Positions 28,043-38,015 of a stretch of DNA of 64,000 nt are shown here, one piece after another; position 1 is the stretch's first letter; each line of letters opens with the position of its first letter. The notes under the pieces were generated by a model. The model did not search any database and had not been told where the DNA came from. It was given only the letters and a program-made list of their open reading frames with translations. The stretch is from Bdellovibrionota bacterium (GTDB lineage: Bacteria > Bdellovibrionota_C > UBA2361 > OMII01). The stretch covers positions 1-64,000 of the forward strand of contig JBIKWQ010000002.1 in NCBI GenBank assembly GCA_044356215.1, read 5' to 3'. The position numbers and the translations under genes were made by a program.

Positions 28043-29608
28043 ATGAGCCTTAAAAGAGTATCAGCGTTAGCAACAGCGGTTGCCCTGGTCTTCGCCAGTT
28101 TTTGCATCACAACCGTCTCAGCTCAAACAAAGAGCAAGAAGCCTAATATTTTGGTAATCTGGGGCGACGACGTCGGAGTTTTTAACGTCGGTGCCTACAA
28201 TATGGGCATGATGGGTTATAAAACACCCAATATCGACAGAATCGCTAAAGAGGGGGCTCTCTTCACCGATTGGTACGGCCAACAGAGCTGCACCGCGGGT
28301 CGCGCGGCTTTTATTACTGGACAGTCCCCAATTAGAACTGGGTTAACAAAGGTCGGTCTTCCAGGCGCTCCAGAAGGGATGAAGAAAGAGGATCCAACTA
28401 TTGCTACCCTTCTCAAGGCGCAAGGTTATGTGACCGGACAGTTTGGAAAGAATCACTTGGGAGATCGTGATGAGATGCTTCCAACTCAACACGGCTTTGA
28501 TGAATTCTTCGGAAACCTCTACCACCTGAACGCGGAAGAGGAGCCTGAGCATCCTGATTATCCAAAGAGTCCGGAGTTTAAGAAGCGGTTTGGCCCTCGT
28601 GGTGTTATGCATAGCTTCGCTGATGGCCGAATTGAGGATACAGGCCCTCTGACAAAGAAGCGCATGGAGACGATCGATGAGGAGGTTAGCGCTAAGACCT
28701 TTGCGTTCATGGAGAAGGCGGTCAAAGATGACAAGCCGTTCTTTGTTTGGTGGAACTCAACGAAGATGCATATCTTCACGCACCTAAATGAAGGGGTTGC
28801 TGGAAAGACAGGGTTAGGAATCTATGCCGATGGTATGGTTGAGCACGACAGACAGGTAGGCGAGCTGTTAGCTAAACTTAAGGAGCTTGGAGTAGAAGAG
28901 AACACTATAGTCATGTACTCCACTGATAACGGAGCCGAGGCGTTCACTTGGCCAGATGGTGGAACAACTATGTTCCGTGGCGAGAAGAATACGCAGTGGG
29001 AGGGAGGCTACCGAGTTCCATGCGCGATTAAATGGCCTGGAGTTATTAAGGCTGGAACGATCGTTAATGATATAGGCGCGCATGAGGATATGATGCCAAC
29101 GCTGCTCGCCGCCGCGGGGGATTTAAGTGCCAAAGACGAGTTGTTAAAGGGCCGCAAGAGTGGTGCTCGTTCTTACAAGGTGCACCTCGATGGATACAAC
29201 CTCTTGCCAGCGTTACAAGGAACAGAGGCTTGGCCGAGAAAAGACTTCATCTACTTTACAGATGATGGAGATGCGGCAGCTCTTCGTTATGACAACTGGA
29301 AGATTACTTTCTTACGTCAGAACGCGCACGGAATGCACGTGTGGTTAGAGCCATTTGAGCAGTTACGTGCTCCGATGATCACCAATCTCCGCATGGATCC
29401 GTTTGAGTTGGCCCATGAGATCGGGATGGATTATCAACGTTGGTTCCTTGAGCACATGTTTGTTATAGCGCCAGCAGCTTCGTATGTGGGTCAGTGGCTT
29501 CAAAGCTTTAAGGAGTTCCCGCCACGTCAAAAGCCAGGTAGCTTTAACCTGAATCGTGTGATGGATGCATTAACTCGTCCCGCTGGAAACGGCAACGGCA
29601 CCAACTAA
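28043..29608 (+). CDS. Arylsulfatase (Cys-type)
   Basis: PNILVIWGDD, SCTAGRAA, GKNHLG, TDNG, GEKN..WEGG.RVP. Confidence 0.93.
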   Translation: MSLKRVSALATAVALVFASFCITTVSAQTKSKKPNILVIWGDDVGVFNVGAYNMGMMGYKTPNIDRIAKEGALFTDWYGQQSCTAGRAAFITGQSPIRTGLTKVGLPGAPEGMKKEDPTIATLLKAQGYVTGQFGKNHLGDRDEMLPTQHGFDEFFGNLYHLNAEEEPEHPDYPKSPEFKKRFGPRGVMHSFADGRIEDTGPLTKKRMETIDEEVSAKTFAFMEKAVKDDKPFFVWWNSTKMHIFTHLNEGVAGKTGLGIYADGMVEHDRQVGELLAKLKELGVEENTIVMYSTDNGAEAFTWPDGGTTMFRGEKNTQWEGGYRVPCAIKWPGVIKAGTIVNDIGAHEDMMPTLLAAAGDLSAKDELLKGRKSGARSYKVHLDGYNLLPALQGTEAWPRKDFIYFTDDGDAAALRYDNWKITFLRQNAHGMHVWLEPFEQLRAPMITNLRMDPFELAHEIGMDYQRWFLEHMFVIAPAASYVGQWLQSFKEFPPRQKPGSFNLNRVMDALTRPAGNGNGTN

Positions 29609-29629
29609 AGTTTTAATATGGAGTTTATC

Positions 29630-30313
29630 ATGAAGACTAAGAGTTCATTATCTTTTATAGCAATCGCTTTAACAGTATCCCTTGTAAGCGCTTCAACCGC
29701 CTTCGCTGGCCCGATTAAGGATGCGGTTACCGGTGCTGCTGGCTTTGTTGGAGACACTGTATCCGACACAGCCAAGGCTGTGGGTAAAACAGTAGGCGAT
29801 GTTACTGACAGAGTAACAGGAGACGTTAAGTATGGTGAAGTTCGCCGTGAGCTTGATGCAACCGCTGACGCTACTCTAAAGCGTTTATTCAAGACAGTTC
29901 CGCAGGCGAAGGAGCTGTTCGATAGGTCTTTTGGCTACGCGGTTTTTGATAACCATAAGACGGCTTTCCTTTTAGCCGCTGGATCGGGTGCTGGAGTAGC
30001 TGTGCGCAAGGATTCAGGAGCTAGGACCTATATGCGCATGGGTTCCCTTGGAGCTAACCTTGGAGCAGGAGCGCAGTTTTATCACTCTGTATTCCTGTTT
30101 GAAACAGAGAGCGCTTACAGATCGTTTGTTGATTCAGGTTGGGAGGCAACAACAGCCGCAGACGCATCTTTTGGTAAGGCAGCGGCAGGGGTAGAGGTTA
30201 AGTTTAATGGCGGCATGGCCTTCTTTAATCTCGCGGATTCCGGAGCGCTCGTGGCTGTTAGTATTGCTGGAACCAAGTATTGGGTTTCAGAGGATCTGAA
30301 TAAGAAGAACTAA
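29630..30313 (+). CDS. YSC84/SYLF-like exported lipid-binding protein
   Basis: Signal peptide; GYAVF, GSGAGVA, GLGAGAQ-like and GTKYW motifs. Confidence 0.75.
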   Translation: MKTKSSLSFIAIALTVSLVSASTAFAGPIKDAVTGAAGFVGDTVSDTAKAVGKTVGDVTDRVTGDVKYGEVRRELDATADATLKRLFKTVPQAKELFDRSFGYAVFDNHKTAFLLAAGSGAGVAVRKDSGARTYMRMGSLGANLGAGAQFYHSVFLFETESAYRSFVDSGWEATTAADASFGKAAAGVEVKFNGGMAFFNLADSGALVAVSIAGTKYWVSEDLNKKN

Positions 30314-30335
30314 ATCCTGACTAGCTGTTACCGCT

Positions 30336-31100
30336 GTGCATATGTTGAGACGTTTCACTGCTTCAATACTCGTGTCAGCGGTAGCGCTGCTACCTTCTTT
30401 TTCGGCAACGGCCCAGGACTGGGAATTTGTCGTGGCTCCTTATGTGCTAGTCCCAAGTATTACAGGGGATGCGTCGTTAGGCAGGATCGAAGGAGCTGAC
30501 GTTGACGTGTCATCTTCCGATATCCTTAAAAGCCTAGACCTTGGAGCGATGATCCAGGTTGAGGGTAGGCACTCAAGCAGCTATGGATTCGTTCTTAATT
30601 ACGCGTTCATGGATCTTAGCAACAAGGCCTCTGGTCCGTTGGGATTTGTTGATGTTGAGTCAAATGTATTTCAAGGCGTTCTTGAGGCTTTCGGAAGCCG
30701 ACGTTTTTCGTACCAAGGTGGAACAGTAGATCTGTACGGTGGTTTGCGTTGGTGGGATATTAATCTTGATGTTGAAGCAGAGACGCCACTTGGAAGTAGA
30801 AAATTTAGCAGGAACGAGGATTGGGTAGATCCGGTAATTGGAGCGCGTTGGATGCCTCGTGTCGCTGATTCGCTAAGACTGCTTATTCAGGGCGACGTAG
30901 GTGGATTCGGAGCTGCTTCAGATTTCTCCTGGTGCGCTATGGGCGGATTGCTTTGGGATGTTACTCCAGAGACCACTGTAGCTTTGCTATATAAGGCTTT
31001 AGGTGTTGATTACCAAACGGGTAGTCGTGGTTCGCGCTCGTTTTTTGAATATGACACGATCACTCAGGGGCCGCTCCTTGGAGTGGCCGTTAAGTTTTAA
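30336..31100 (+). CDS. Outer-membrane beta-barrel protein
   Basis: Signal peptide, WVDPVIGAR, DVGGFG, C-terminal GPLLGVAVKF. Confidence 0.8.
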   Translation: MHMLRRFTASILVSAVALLPSFSATAQDWEFVVAPYVLVPSITGDASLGRIEGADVDVSSSDILKSLDLGAMIQVEGRHSSSYGFVLNYAFMDLSNKASGPLGFVDVESNVFQGVLEAFGSRRFSYQGGTVDLYGGLRWWDINLDVEAETPLGSRKFSRNEDWVDPVIGARWMPRVADSLRLLIQGDVGGFGAASDFSWCAMGGLLWDVTPETTVALLYKALGVDYQTGSRGSRSFFEYDTITQGPLLGVAVKF

Positions 31101-31133
31101 CTGGTCCGTTTAGCTCTAATAGGAGATCTCAAG

Positions 31134-33371
31134 ATGTTAGCTTTTAAGCGCCGTTTCGGGCTCTCGCTCTTTCTCACTTTCGTTATTGCTGCGGGTGTTG
31201 AGCCAGCCGGCGCTGAGACGCCAGCGGCTCGTCGCCCAAAGACAGGTCTTGTGTTAGCCGGAGGCGGTGCCTTGGGAATGGCGCACGTTGGCGTTCTTAA
31301 AGTGCTCGAGGAGAATCGGATCCCGGTAGATTTCATCACTGGAACCTCGATGGGATCAATCGTTGGTGCGGCTTACGCTTCGGGCGCTACGGTAGAAGAG
31401 ATGGAGAGGCTACTCTCGAAAACCGATTGGGACGCTCTCTTCAATGAGTCTCTTGCCAGAGAGGATGTAAAGTACCGAGATAAGTATGGGCGTGCTGGGC
31501 AATTCACAGGTGACGCCAAGATCGGGCTAAAGGATTCAGGGCTAGTGAGATTTAGCGGGGTGGTGTCGGGACAGAATGTGCTTCCGCTTCTGCAGCGCCT
31601 CTACTACAGAGCGCCAGGTGAGGTTGATTTTAAAAAATTACCGATCCCTTTTACAGCAGTGGCTGCTGATATTGAGACGGGAAAGGCTGTGCCGCTAAGT
31701 TCAGGGCAGCTTGCAGTGGCGGCGCGCGCCAGTATGGCGGTGCCGGGATTTTTTACTCCGGTGGAGCTAGATGGTAAGGCCTTAGTTGACGGTGGAATCG
31801 CGAATAATCTGCCGGTTGATATAGCGCTTCAGATGGGCGCGGAGCGGTTGATAGTAGTGGATCTTCTCGCGGACCTAAAGAAGAAGGATGAACTTGGGGG
31901 GATTCTCGGAATCTCTGGGCAGATTATATCGATCCTGTTGCAGCAGAACTCAGATCTGCAAAGAAAGAATATGCGCAAAGGAGATCTCCTGCTTGAGCCT
32001 AATCTAAAGGGCTACAGCGCTACGGATTTCCAGAAGGCATCTGAGATATTCGCTCGAGGGGAAGAGGTCGCACGAAAGAACGTCGCGGCCCTAAAGAAGT
32101 TCTCTGTATCAGATGCTGAATACCAGCGTTACAAAGAGGCTTTGCAACAGGAGCAAACTGAGGCTCCTATAATCACGGCTTTTAGGCTCGATAGTGATGT
32201 TCCGGCCCGCAATCAACAGATCGAGCAATCCTTTGCTTCCCAGATCGGTAAACCGTTAGACACCGCGCATATCGAGAATATCATAGCTGATGAGTATAAA
32301 TATGGAGATCTAACCTCTCTTTCTTACAAGGTAGAGACTGATGAGGATGGGAAGAATACCATCGCGGTAACCGCTAGAAAGCCTAAATGGTACGATCAGT
32401 ATCTACAGGTTGGGTTCTCTCTGCAGGATGATTTTCAGGGAGACGATGCCTATCAGTTGGCTCTAGCTGCTCGCTTTAACGAGTTAAATGCCGCTGGCGC
32501 ATTTTTAGACACCAGGCTCGACATCGGTTGGAGGCCTCTATTTGAGCTCGATTATTATCAACCCTTCGCGCAGAATAGCAGCTTCTTTGTTAATCCAATT
32601 TTGACCCTCGATCGTTATCAGTTACCGGTTCGAGTTGGAGGTGAGGATATAGCTGAGTACGAGAGAAACAGGATTGTTGGTGGACTCGGAATTGGTAGCA
32701 AGCTTGGAAAGGGTGGTGAGATACAGGGAGGGATAAGACGCGGTAACGGAGATTTCTCAAGGCATATCGGAGACCCCTCGCTACCTGAGGGGAGTTATCA
32801 GATAGGAAGTTATTTCGGCAGTGTCGCTTTCGATTCACGCGACACTCCGGATTTCCCAAAGAAGGGAACTCTATTCACCTATGATATCTCTTACAACACA
32901 GATCAACTGGGCTCCTCTGATAACTTTACACAGATGTCGGGTGGATTCTCGAAACCCATCACTTTTGGCGCGAATACCATTCTACTAGGAACTGAATATG
33001 GAGTTACTCTAGATAGGATCCCGGCAGAGAGGGTATTTGTCTTAGGCGGCATGTTTGACCTATCGGGCTACAGGCCCGGAGGAATCTCCGCGTCTGATTT
33101 CGTTATCGGACGAATCGGGCTTTATAGAGAGTTGCAGTCGCTAGGTGGGGCAATGGCCAAGCTTAACCTATTTGGTGGTGGTACTTTTGAGATGGCTTCT
33201 GTGCGTAGCGATCTACAGTCTATAGATGATAACACTGGGATAGTGGCCGGCTCGTTGTTTTTAGGCGCTGATACGCCTATTTTGCCGGTCTATTTCGCGG
33301 CAGGCATGAATAACGACAATGAAGCCTCGCTTTATATCAACATAGGCCGGATATTTAAGCCCAGAAGATAA
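31134..33371 (+). CDS. Patatin-like phospholipase fused to an Omp85-type barrel (PlpD-like)
   Basis: GGGALG, GTSMG and DGG motifs; C-terminal beta-strands ending IGRIF. Confidence 0.88.
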   Translation: MLAFKRRFGLSLFLTFVIAAGVEPAGAETPAARRPKTGLVLAGGGALGMAHVGVLKVLEENRIPVDFITGTSMGSIVGAAYASGATVEEMERLLSKTDWDALFNESLAREDVKYRDKYGRAGQFTGDAKIGLKDSGLVRFSGVVSGQNVLPLLQRLYYRAPGEVDFKKLPIPFTAVAADIETGKAVPLSSGQLAVAARASMAVPGFFTPVELDGKALVDGGIANNLPVDIALQMGAERLIVVDLLADLKKKDELGGILGISGQIISILLQQNSDLQRKNMRKGDLLLEPNLKGYSATDFQKASEIFARGEEVARKNVAALKKFSVSDAEYQRYKEALQQEQTEAPIITAFRLDSDVPARNQQIEQSFASQIGKPLDTAHIENIIADEYKYGDLTSLSYKVETDEDGKNTIAVTARKPKWYDQYLQVGFSLQDDFQGDDAYQLALAARFNELNAAGAFLDTRLDIGWRPLFELDYYQPFAQNSSFFVNPILTLDRYQLPVRVGGEDIAEYERNRIVGGLGIGSKLGKGGEIQGGIRRGNGDFSRHIGDPSLPEGSYQIGSYFGSVAFDSRDTPDFPKKGTLFTYDISYNTDQLGSSDNFTQMSGGFSKPITFGANTILLGTEYGVTLDRIPAERVFVLGGMFDLSGYRPGGISASDFVIGRIGLYRELQSLGGAMAKLNLFGGGTFEMASVRSDLQSIDDNTGIVAGSLFLGADTPILPVYFAAGMNNDNEASLYINIGRIFKPRR

Positions 33372-33381
33372 GCTTCTTGCC

Positions 33382-33397
33382 TGGCAAGGCAATTGCA
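33382..33397 (+). promoter_or_regulatory. Sigma-54 -24/-12 promoter
   Basis: TGGCAAGGCAATTGCA (GG-N10-GC), about 65 bp upstream of the flgE-like ATG. Confidence 0.65.
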
Positions 33398-33463
33398 TTG
33401 GTCCTCTTAGCGGCTACAGAACCGGCAAGGATTGCCGGGGCCGAACAGGGGCATCGCGCAATC

Positions 33464-34726
33464 ATGGGAATAGAGTCCGCTATGAGAACCAGTCGTGAGG
33501 GGCTTACCGCCTTGGCGGATGGGCTCTCCCGTATAGGTAACAATATCTCAAATGCAAACACCACTGGTTATAAAGGGCAGAGAACTGAATTCGTATCACT
33601 TCTTGGAGAGAAAGAGGATGATAGGGGGGCAACGGTTCCAGCCGGTGCCGGTGACGGTGTGGCAGTTGGTGACATAAGGACAGACTACAGTACTGGAACT
33701 ACGAACCCCACTGGACGGCCGCTCGACGCTGCTCTAACTGGTCGGGGATTCTTTCTAGTAGGAGACGCTAAGAAACCTGGTCTTACCAGAGTTGGAAATT
33801 TTAGAGTTACCAACGAAGGTTTACTCAGCACGACAGAGGGGCTTCCAGTTCTTGGTTTCTCCGGGCGCGATACAGAGGTGCTCGGGCCTATCAACATGAA
33901 CAATCTAGATATAAAGTCTCTCCCGACAACGCAGATCGCGCTGTTTGGCAATATCGATGGCGGGGGGCGAATCAATGAGGCTCCGGTTAATCCGACATCG
34001 TTTAACGATCTCAGCACAAACGCGGCGTTCGTTTCAACTCAAACAGCTTATGACGCTTCTGGCGGTCGTCATGACATTCAACTTTTTTATTTTCGAACGG
34101 CGGCTAATCAGTGGAATGTGCAGGCTTATGTTAACGGTGATGATGTTGGTCAAACCGCCGATCAGCCGGTATTGCTTGGGCAGGTTAGCTTTGGGTTTAA
34201 TAGTGTCGGGCAGATTCCGACTGAGCAGCAAGGTCAAGCTGTGCTCAATCTAAATCCAGCATGGGCTGGTGGCGCGGCGCAGACACCATTTACGATCTCA
34301 TTAGGTAAGCTCACTCAGTACGCTGGTGGCTCCCGAATTACAAACGTTCAGATGGATGGGCAGGGGACGGGAGATGTGGTCTCTTTTGAGATCGATGGCG
34401 GAGGAAGAATCTTCGGAATTACTGCGAACGGCGACAAGCTTCAAGCCGGCACCTTGGCGCTTGGATTAGTTACTAATAATGACGGATTGCAACGACAAGC
34501 TGATTCATTATACGAGGTCACCCAGGATTCTGGAGCGCTTAGAGTTGGGTTGGCTACTCAAGGTGGTCGAGGCGGAGTTCAAGGGGGAGCGCTAGAATTA
34601 TCAAATGTTGATATCCCGCAGCAGTTTGTTGAGATGATTGTTATGCAGCGCGGATACCAAGCGAATTCTCAGGTTCTATCAGCAGCGAGTGATCTGCTTA
34701 AGAATACTATAGCGATGATTAGGTAG
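33464..34726 (+). CDS. flgE: Flagellar hook protein FlgE-like
   Basis: NNISNANTTGYK, TGRPLD, GRGFF, TRVGNF, LELSNVD, QRGYQAN. Confidence 0.85.
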   Translation: MGIESAMRTSREGLTALADGLSRIGNNISNANTTGYKGQRTEFVSLLGEKEDDRGATVPAGAGDGVAVGDIRTDYSTGTTNPTGRPLDAALTGRGFFLVGDAKKPGLTRVGNFRVTNEGLLSTTEGLPVLGFSGRDTEVLGPINMNNLDIKSLPTTQIALFGNIDGGGRINEAPVNPTSFNDLSTNAAFVSTQTAYDASGGRHDIQLFYFRTAANQWNVQAYVNGDDVGQTADQPVLLGQVSFGFNSVGQIPTEQQGQAVLNLNPAWAGGAAQTPFTISLGKLTQYAGGSRITNVQMDGQGTGDVVSFEIDGGGRIFGITANGDKLQAGTLALGLVTNNDGLQRQADSLYEVTQDSGALRVGLATQGGRGGVQGGALELSNVDIPQQFVEMIVMQRGYQANSQVLSAASDLLKNTIAMIR

Positions 34727-34830
34727 TGGTTGAAAAATTCAAAACCTCGCATTCGCGATGTTTTGTTAAAAACGGCGCCATGTGCCGTCACCGAGGAGAA
34801 CCCCGCACAAGCGGGGGGTTGCTCGTGTCT

Positions 34831-36108
34831 TTAGCCCGCCAACCTTCGCGCTAACCCCTCAACCTCTCTCACTGCTTCCTCTGCGGAGCAGGGCGACCTG
34901 GCTGATTGTCTAACTAGATCAAACAATTCATTTTTTAGATCTAGTATCTTTTGAAGCTCTGGATCTGCCACACCACCAAGAAGAATTATCTGTCGGTCTT
35001 TTAGAAATCGTGACATAGCTGATGTGATTAGGCGCGCATGATTTAAGTATTCCCCCGAATGTAATCTACCAAAGAGTCGTGAGATGCTTTGAGTTACATC
35101 GATCGCTGGAAGGATCCCCAGTTCAGCGATCTCTTTGCGTAGGCATATATGCCCGTCTAAAAGGCTCTTTATCTCATCGGCTAGCGGATCGATATCATCA
35201 TCTTGATTAGTCAGCACGGTGTAAAGAGCGGTAATAGATCCTCTGTGTGATACCCCAGCCCTCTCTACTAATTTAGGAAGCTGTGTATAGACCGAGTTGG
35301 TATATCCGTGTCTGACGGGAAGATCTCCCGCGGAGATGCTGGTCTCACGAATGGCGCGCGCCATGCGGGTTAGAGAGTCGATAATCAGCAGAACGTCTTT
35401 GCCTTGATCTCTAAAGTGTTCTGCAATAGCTGTGGCGGTGTAGGGTGCCGTTTGGCGGGTTAAAGATGAATCATCGCTAGTCGCGACAACTATAACACTT
35501 CGCTTAAGCCCATCTGCTCCAAGAGTTTCATCGATAAATTCCTGAACCTCTCTTCCGCGTTCGCCAACTAACGCTACTACTATTACATCGATCTGAGCTT
35601 CTCGGGCAATCATCGCAAGTAAGGTTGATTTTCCGACACCAGCGGAAGCGAACACTCCAACTCGTTGTCCTTTGCCAATCGTGCAGAGTGAATCGATAGC
35701 TTTGACTCCTGTATTTAGCGGAGTGTCTATCGGCGGTCTGCCTGATGCCGGCGGAGGTTTCGAATTAATAGACCGATGCTGAGTTGCGCTGCTTGCGAGC
35801 TTCCCATCTAGTGGTATTCCAAGTGGAGAGATAACTCGGCCTAATAGTTCATCTCCTACAGGGATCTTTAGTTGAGTACCTTTAGTTTTAACACGCGCCC
35901 CCGGTATAATCCCATCCGGATCATCGAATAGGGCCAAAGAAAATACATCCTCATTAAACGAGATGATCTGCGCTGCCAAGTCTCCGCGATCTCTGGTGGT
36001 GATCCAACAGAGATCTCCCACAGATGCCTGAGGTAGTCTCGCGGTTAATGAGCTACCCTGCGCTGAAATAATCGAGCCAGTAATGGTAAAAGGTGAAAGT
36101 GCTTCCAT
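34831..36108 (-). CDS. fliI: FliI/SctN type III export ATPase
   Basis: GQRVG.FA.AGVGKST, VGERGREV, DSLTR, LDGHI. Confidence 0.85.
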   Translation of the reverse strand: MEALSPFTITGSIISAQGSSLTARLPQASVGDLCWITTRDRGDLAAQIISFNEDVFSLALFDDPDGIIPGARVKTKGTQLKIPVGDELLGRVISPLGIPLDGKLASSATQHRSINSKPPPASGRPPIDTPLNTGVKAIDSLCTIGKGQRVGVFASAGVGKSTLLAMIAREAQIDVIVVALVGERGREVQEFIDETLGADGLKRSVIVVATSDDSSLTRQTAPYTATAIAEHFRDQGKDVLLIIDSLTRMARAIRETSISAGDLPVRHGYTNSVYTQLPKLVERAGVSHRGSITALYTVLTNQDDDIDPLADEIKSLLDGHICLRKEIAELGILPAIDVTQSISRLFGRLHSGEYLNHARLITSAMSRFLKDRQIILLGGVADPELQKILDLKNELFDLVRQSARSPCSAEEAVREVEGLARRLAG

Positions 36109-36110
36109 TG

Positions 36111-36701
36111 TTAAGCGGCTCTGGAGAGCTTTAGCTCGGAGACTGATTGGACCGCAGACTGCCATGAAAATTCGATACCACCTCTTGATCCTTCGATAAT
36201 AAAATCGGCCTCTGATAATTCGCGGTCGACGCGAATTGATACGCCGGAAGTTAAGAGCGGAGATATTTCGTTTATGATGTTTAGGTAGCGCTTATTTAGA
36301 GCGATATGAATTTCGCGCGAATCTTTAAGTAGCCCAAGGCCCTCTGAGATCCAAGCCATTAATGCTTCAGGTCTTGTTGTTAGAGTTGTGTCTATTATCT
36401 TCTGTGCAATAGACGTGGCTAGAGCTAGTGTATCGTTAGCCGCCGCGTTGATAGCATCCTCATAGCAGCCCCTTAACCCTTTAATTAAATCGATACATTC
36501 GTTCCTGCCTTGGGCTAGGCCCTCCTGGTAGCCTTGGCCAAAACCTCTGCGGCGAATATAGCGCGAGTATCTTGCGCTTTTGGCCCGGGATCGCTTGCGC
36601 TCTTGGGCGATGGTAGTTCGGCCCAGTTTGATAGTTTGTCTGAGCGCGCTAACTGACAAGTCCTGGATAATACCGGCAGGCATGAGCTTGGCTTTAAACA
36701 T
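36111..36701 (-). CDS. FliH/SctL-like stator protein
   Basis: GFGQGYQEGLAQG GxxxG repeats; directly upstream of the ATPase. Confidence 0.7.
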   Translation of the reverse strand: MFKAKLMPAGIIQDLSVSALRQTIKLGRTTIAQERKRSRAKSARYSRYIRRRGFGQGYQEGLAQGRNECIDLIKGLRGCYEDAINAAANDTLALATSIAQKIIDTTLTTRPEALMAWISEGLGLLKDSREIHIALNKRYLNIINEISPLLTSGVSIRVDRELSEADFIIEGSRGGIEFSWQSAVQSVSELKLSRAA

Positions 36702-36848
36702 AGAAAAAGACCTATCCCTTTATACTAGTTACGTTACATCTTTATCGGGTAGACGAAGCGAAGAGTTGCTATGATCTCGAGTTTTGCCCGCAGGTTCTAA
36801 GTGTGCTACAATATTCATCTTTAGTTATCTAACATTCCATGGTGAATT

Positions 36849-38000
36849 ATGGCCTCAAGTGTCAATTCAGGAAGAAAGAATTTCGGCATCGTAGTGAGCG
36901 GTGGGCCGGCGCCTGGAATTAACTCGGTTATCAGCGCCTGCGTTATAGAAGCTACTAATCGTGGCTACGGCGTTAAGGGTTTAGTAAACGGGTTCCATGA
37001 CATAACGATGGGGGAGCTCGGATCTGTTGTTGACCTGACTACAGATATGATCACAACTATCTACAACAAGGGAGGTTCGATTATCGGAACCTCAAGATTT
37101 AATCCGCTAAAAGACGAGAAGCTTTTGGGGCAGTTCCTCGCGGGCCTTGAGGCTAACAACATCGATAAGTTGATCGTAATAGGTGGAGAGGGATCGGCTT
37201 ATCTAAGTCTTAAGCTCTCGCAGCTTCATAGTAATCTGTCGATTGTGCACGTTCCTAAGACGATTGATAATGATCTAGTTTTGCCGAGCAATCACCCAAG
37301 CTTTGGTTTTGAAACCGCGATGCACGCTGGAACCAAGATAGTTGAGATCCTCAGAGAAGACGCCAAGACGTGTCGCCGCTGGTTTTTGGTTACGACTATG
37401 GGTCGTAAAGCTGGATTTCTCGCTCTAGGTATGGGTCTGGCCGCTGGTGCAACATCAACTTTAATACCTGAGGAGTTTGCGGGTGTGGCTCCATCACCCG
37501 ATGATGTAGCTGCGATTATTTTATCATCGATCCGCAAGCGGATATCGATGGGGAAGAACTATGGTGTGATCGTCCTAGCCGAAGGAATTATTGATTGCAT
37601 CGACGCGAGCAAGAGCGAAGCATTGCAGAGCTGTGTTAAAGATGACATGGGCCGTATCCGCTACTCTCAAGTGGAGCTAGGAGATGTGATTATTCCTCCC
37701 CTCAAGCGGATGCTTAAAGAGGTGAACATAGATGTGCATATGATCACCAAAAATATCGGATACGAGCTGCGGTGTTGTGATCCGATATCATTCGATGTCG
37801 AGTATTCAAAGTTTTTAGGCTACGGAGCGGTGCAGCATATATTAGGTGGCAACAGCGGGATAATGGTCACGCGAGATTTCGATAGGCTCGGGTTTATCCC
37901 GCTTGAGTCGATGGCCGGAAGCAACGGAGTTATCAAGTCCAGAGGCGTTGATCTGTCGTCGGATCTGTATCGCGTGGCGCGGAGTTTTATGATTCGGTAG
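36849..38000 (+). CDS. pfkA: Phosphofructokinase (PfkA family)
   Basis: GGPAPGIN, GGEGS, PKTIDND, TMGR, GYELR. Confidence 0.88.
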   Translation: MASSVNSGRKNFGIVVSGGPAPGINSVISACVIEATNRGYGVKGLVNGFHDITMGELGSVVDLTTDMITTIYNKGGSIIGTSRFNPLKDEKLLGQFLAGLEANNIDKLIVIGGEGSAYLSLKLSQLHSNLSIVHVPKTIDNDLVLPSNHPSFGFETAMHAGTKIVEILREDAKTCRRWFLVTTMGRKAGFLALGMGLAAGATSTLIPEEFAGVAPSPDDVAAIILSSIRKRISMGKNYGVIVLAEGIIDCIDASKSEALQSCVKDDMGRIRYSQVELGDVIIPPLKRMLKEVNIDVHMITKNIGYELRCCDPISFDVEYSKFLGYGAVQHILGGNSGIMVTRDFDRLGFIPLESMAGSNGVIKSRGVDLSSDLYRVARSFMIR

Positions 38001-38015
38001 GGGGGCGGGACATCG

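Noticed and set aside
24536..33371. tRNA-anchored genomic island
   Set aside because: No integrase is present and I saw no duplicated tRNA 3' end; nuoA follows the tRNA directly.
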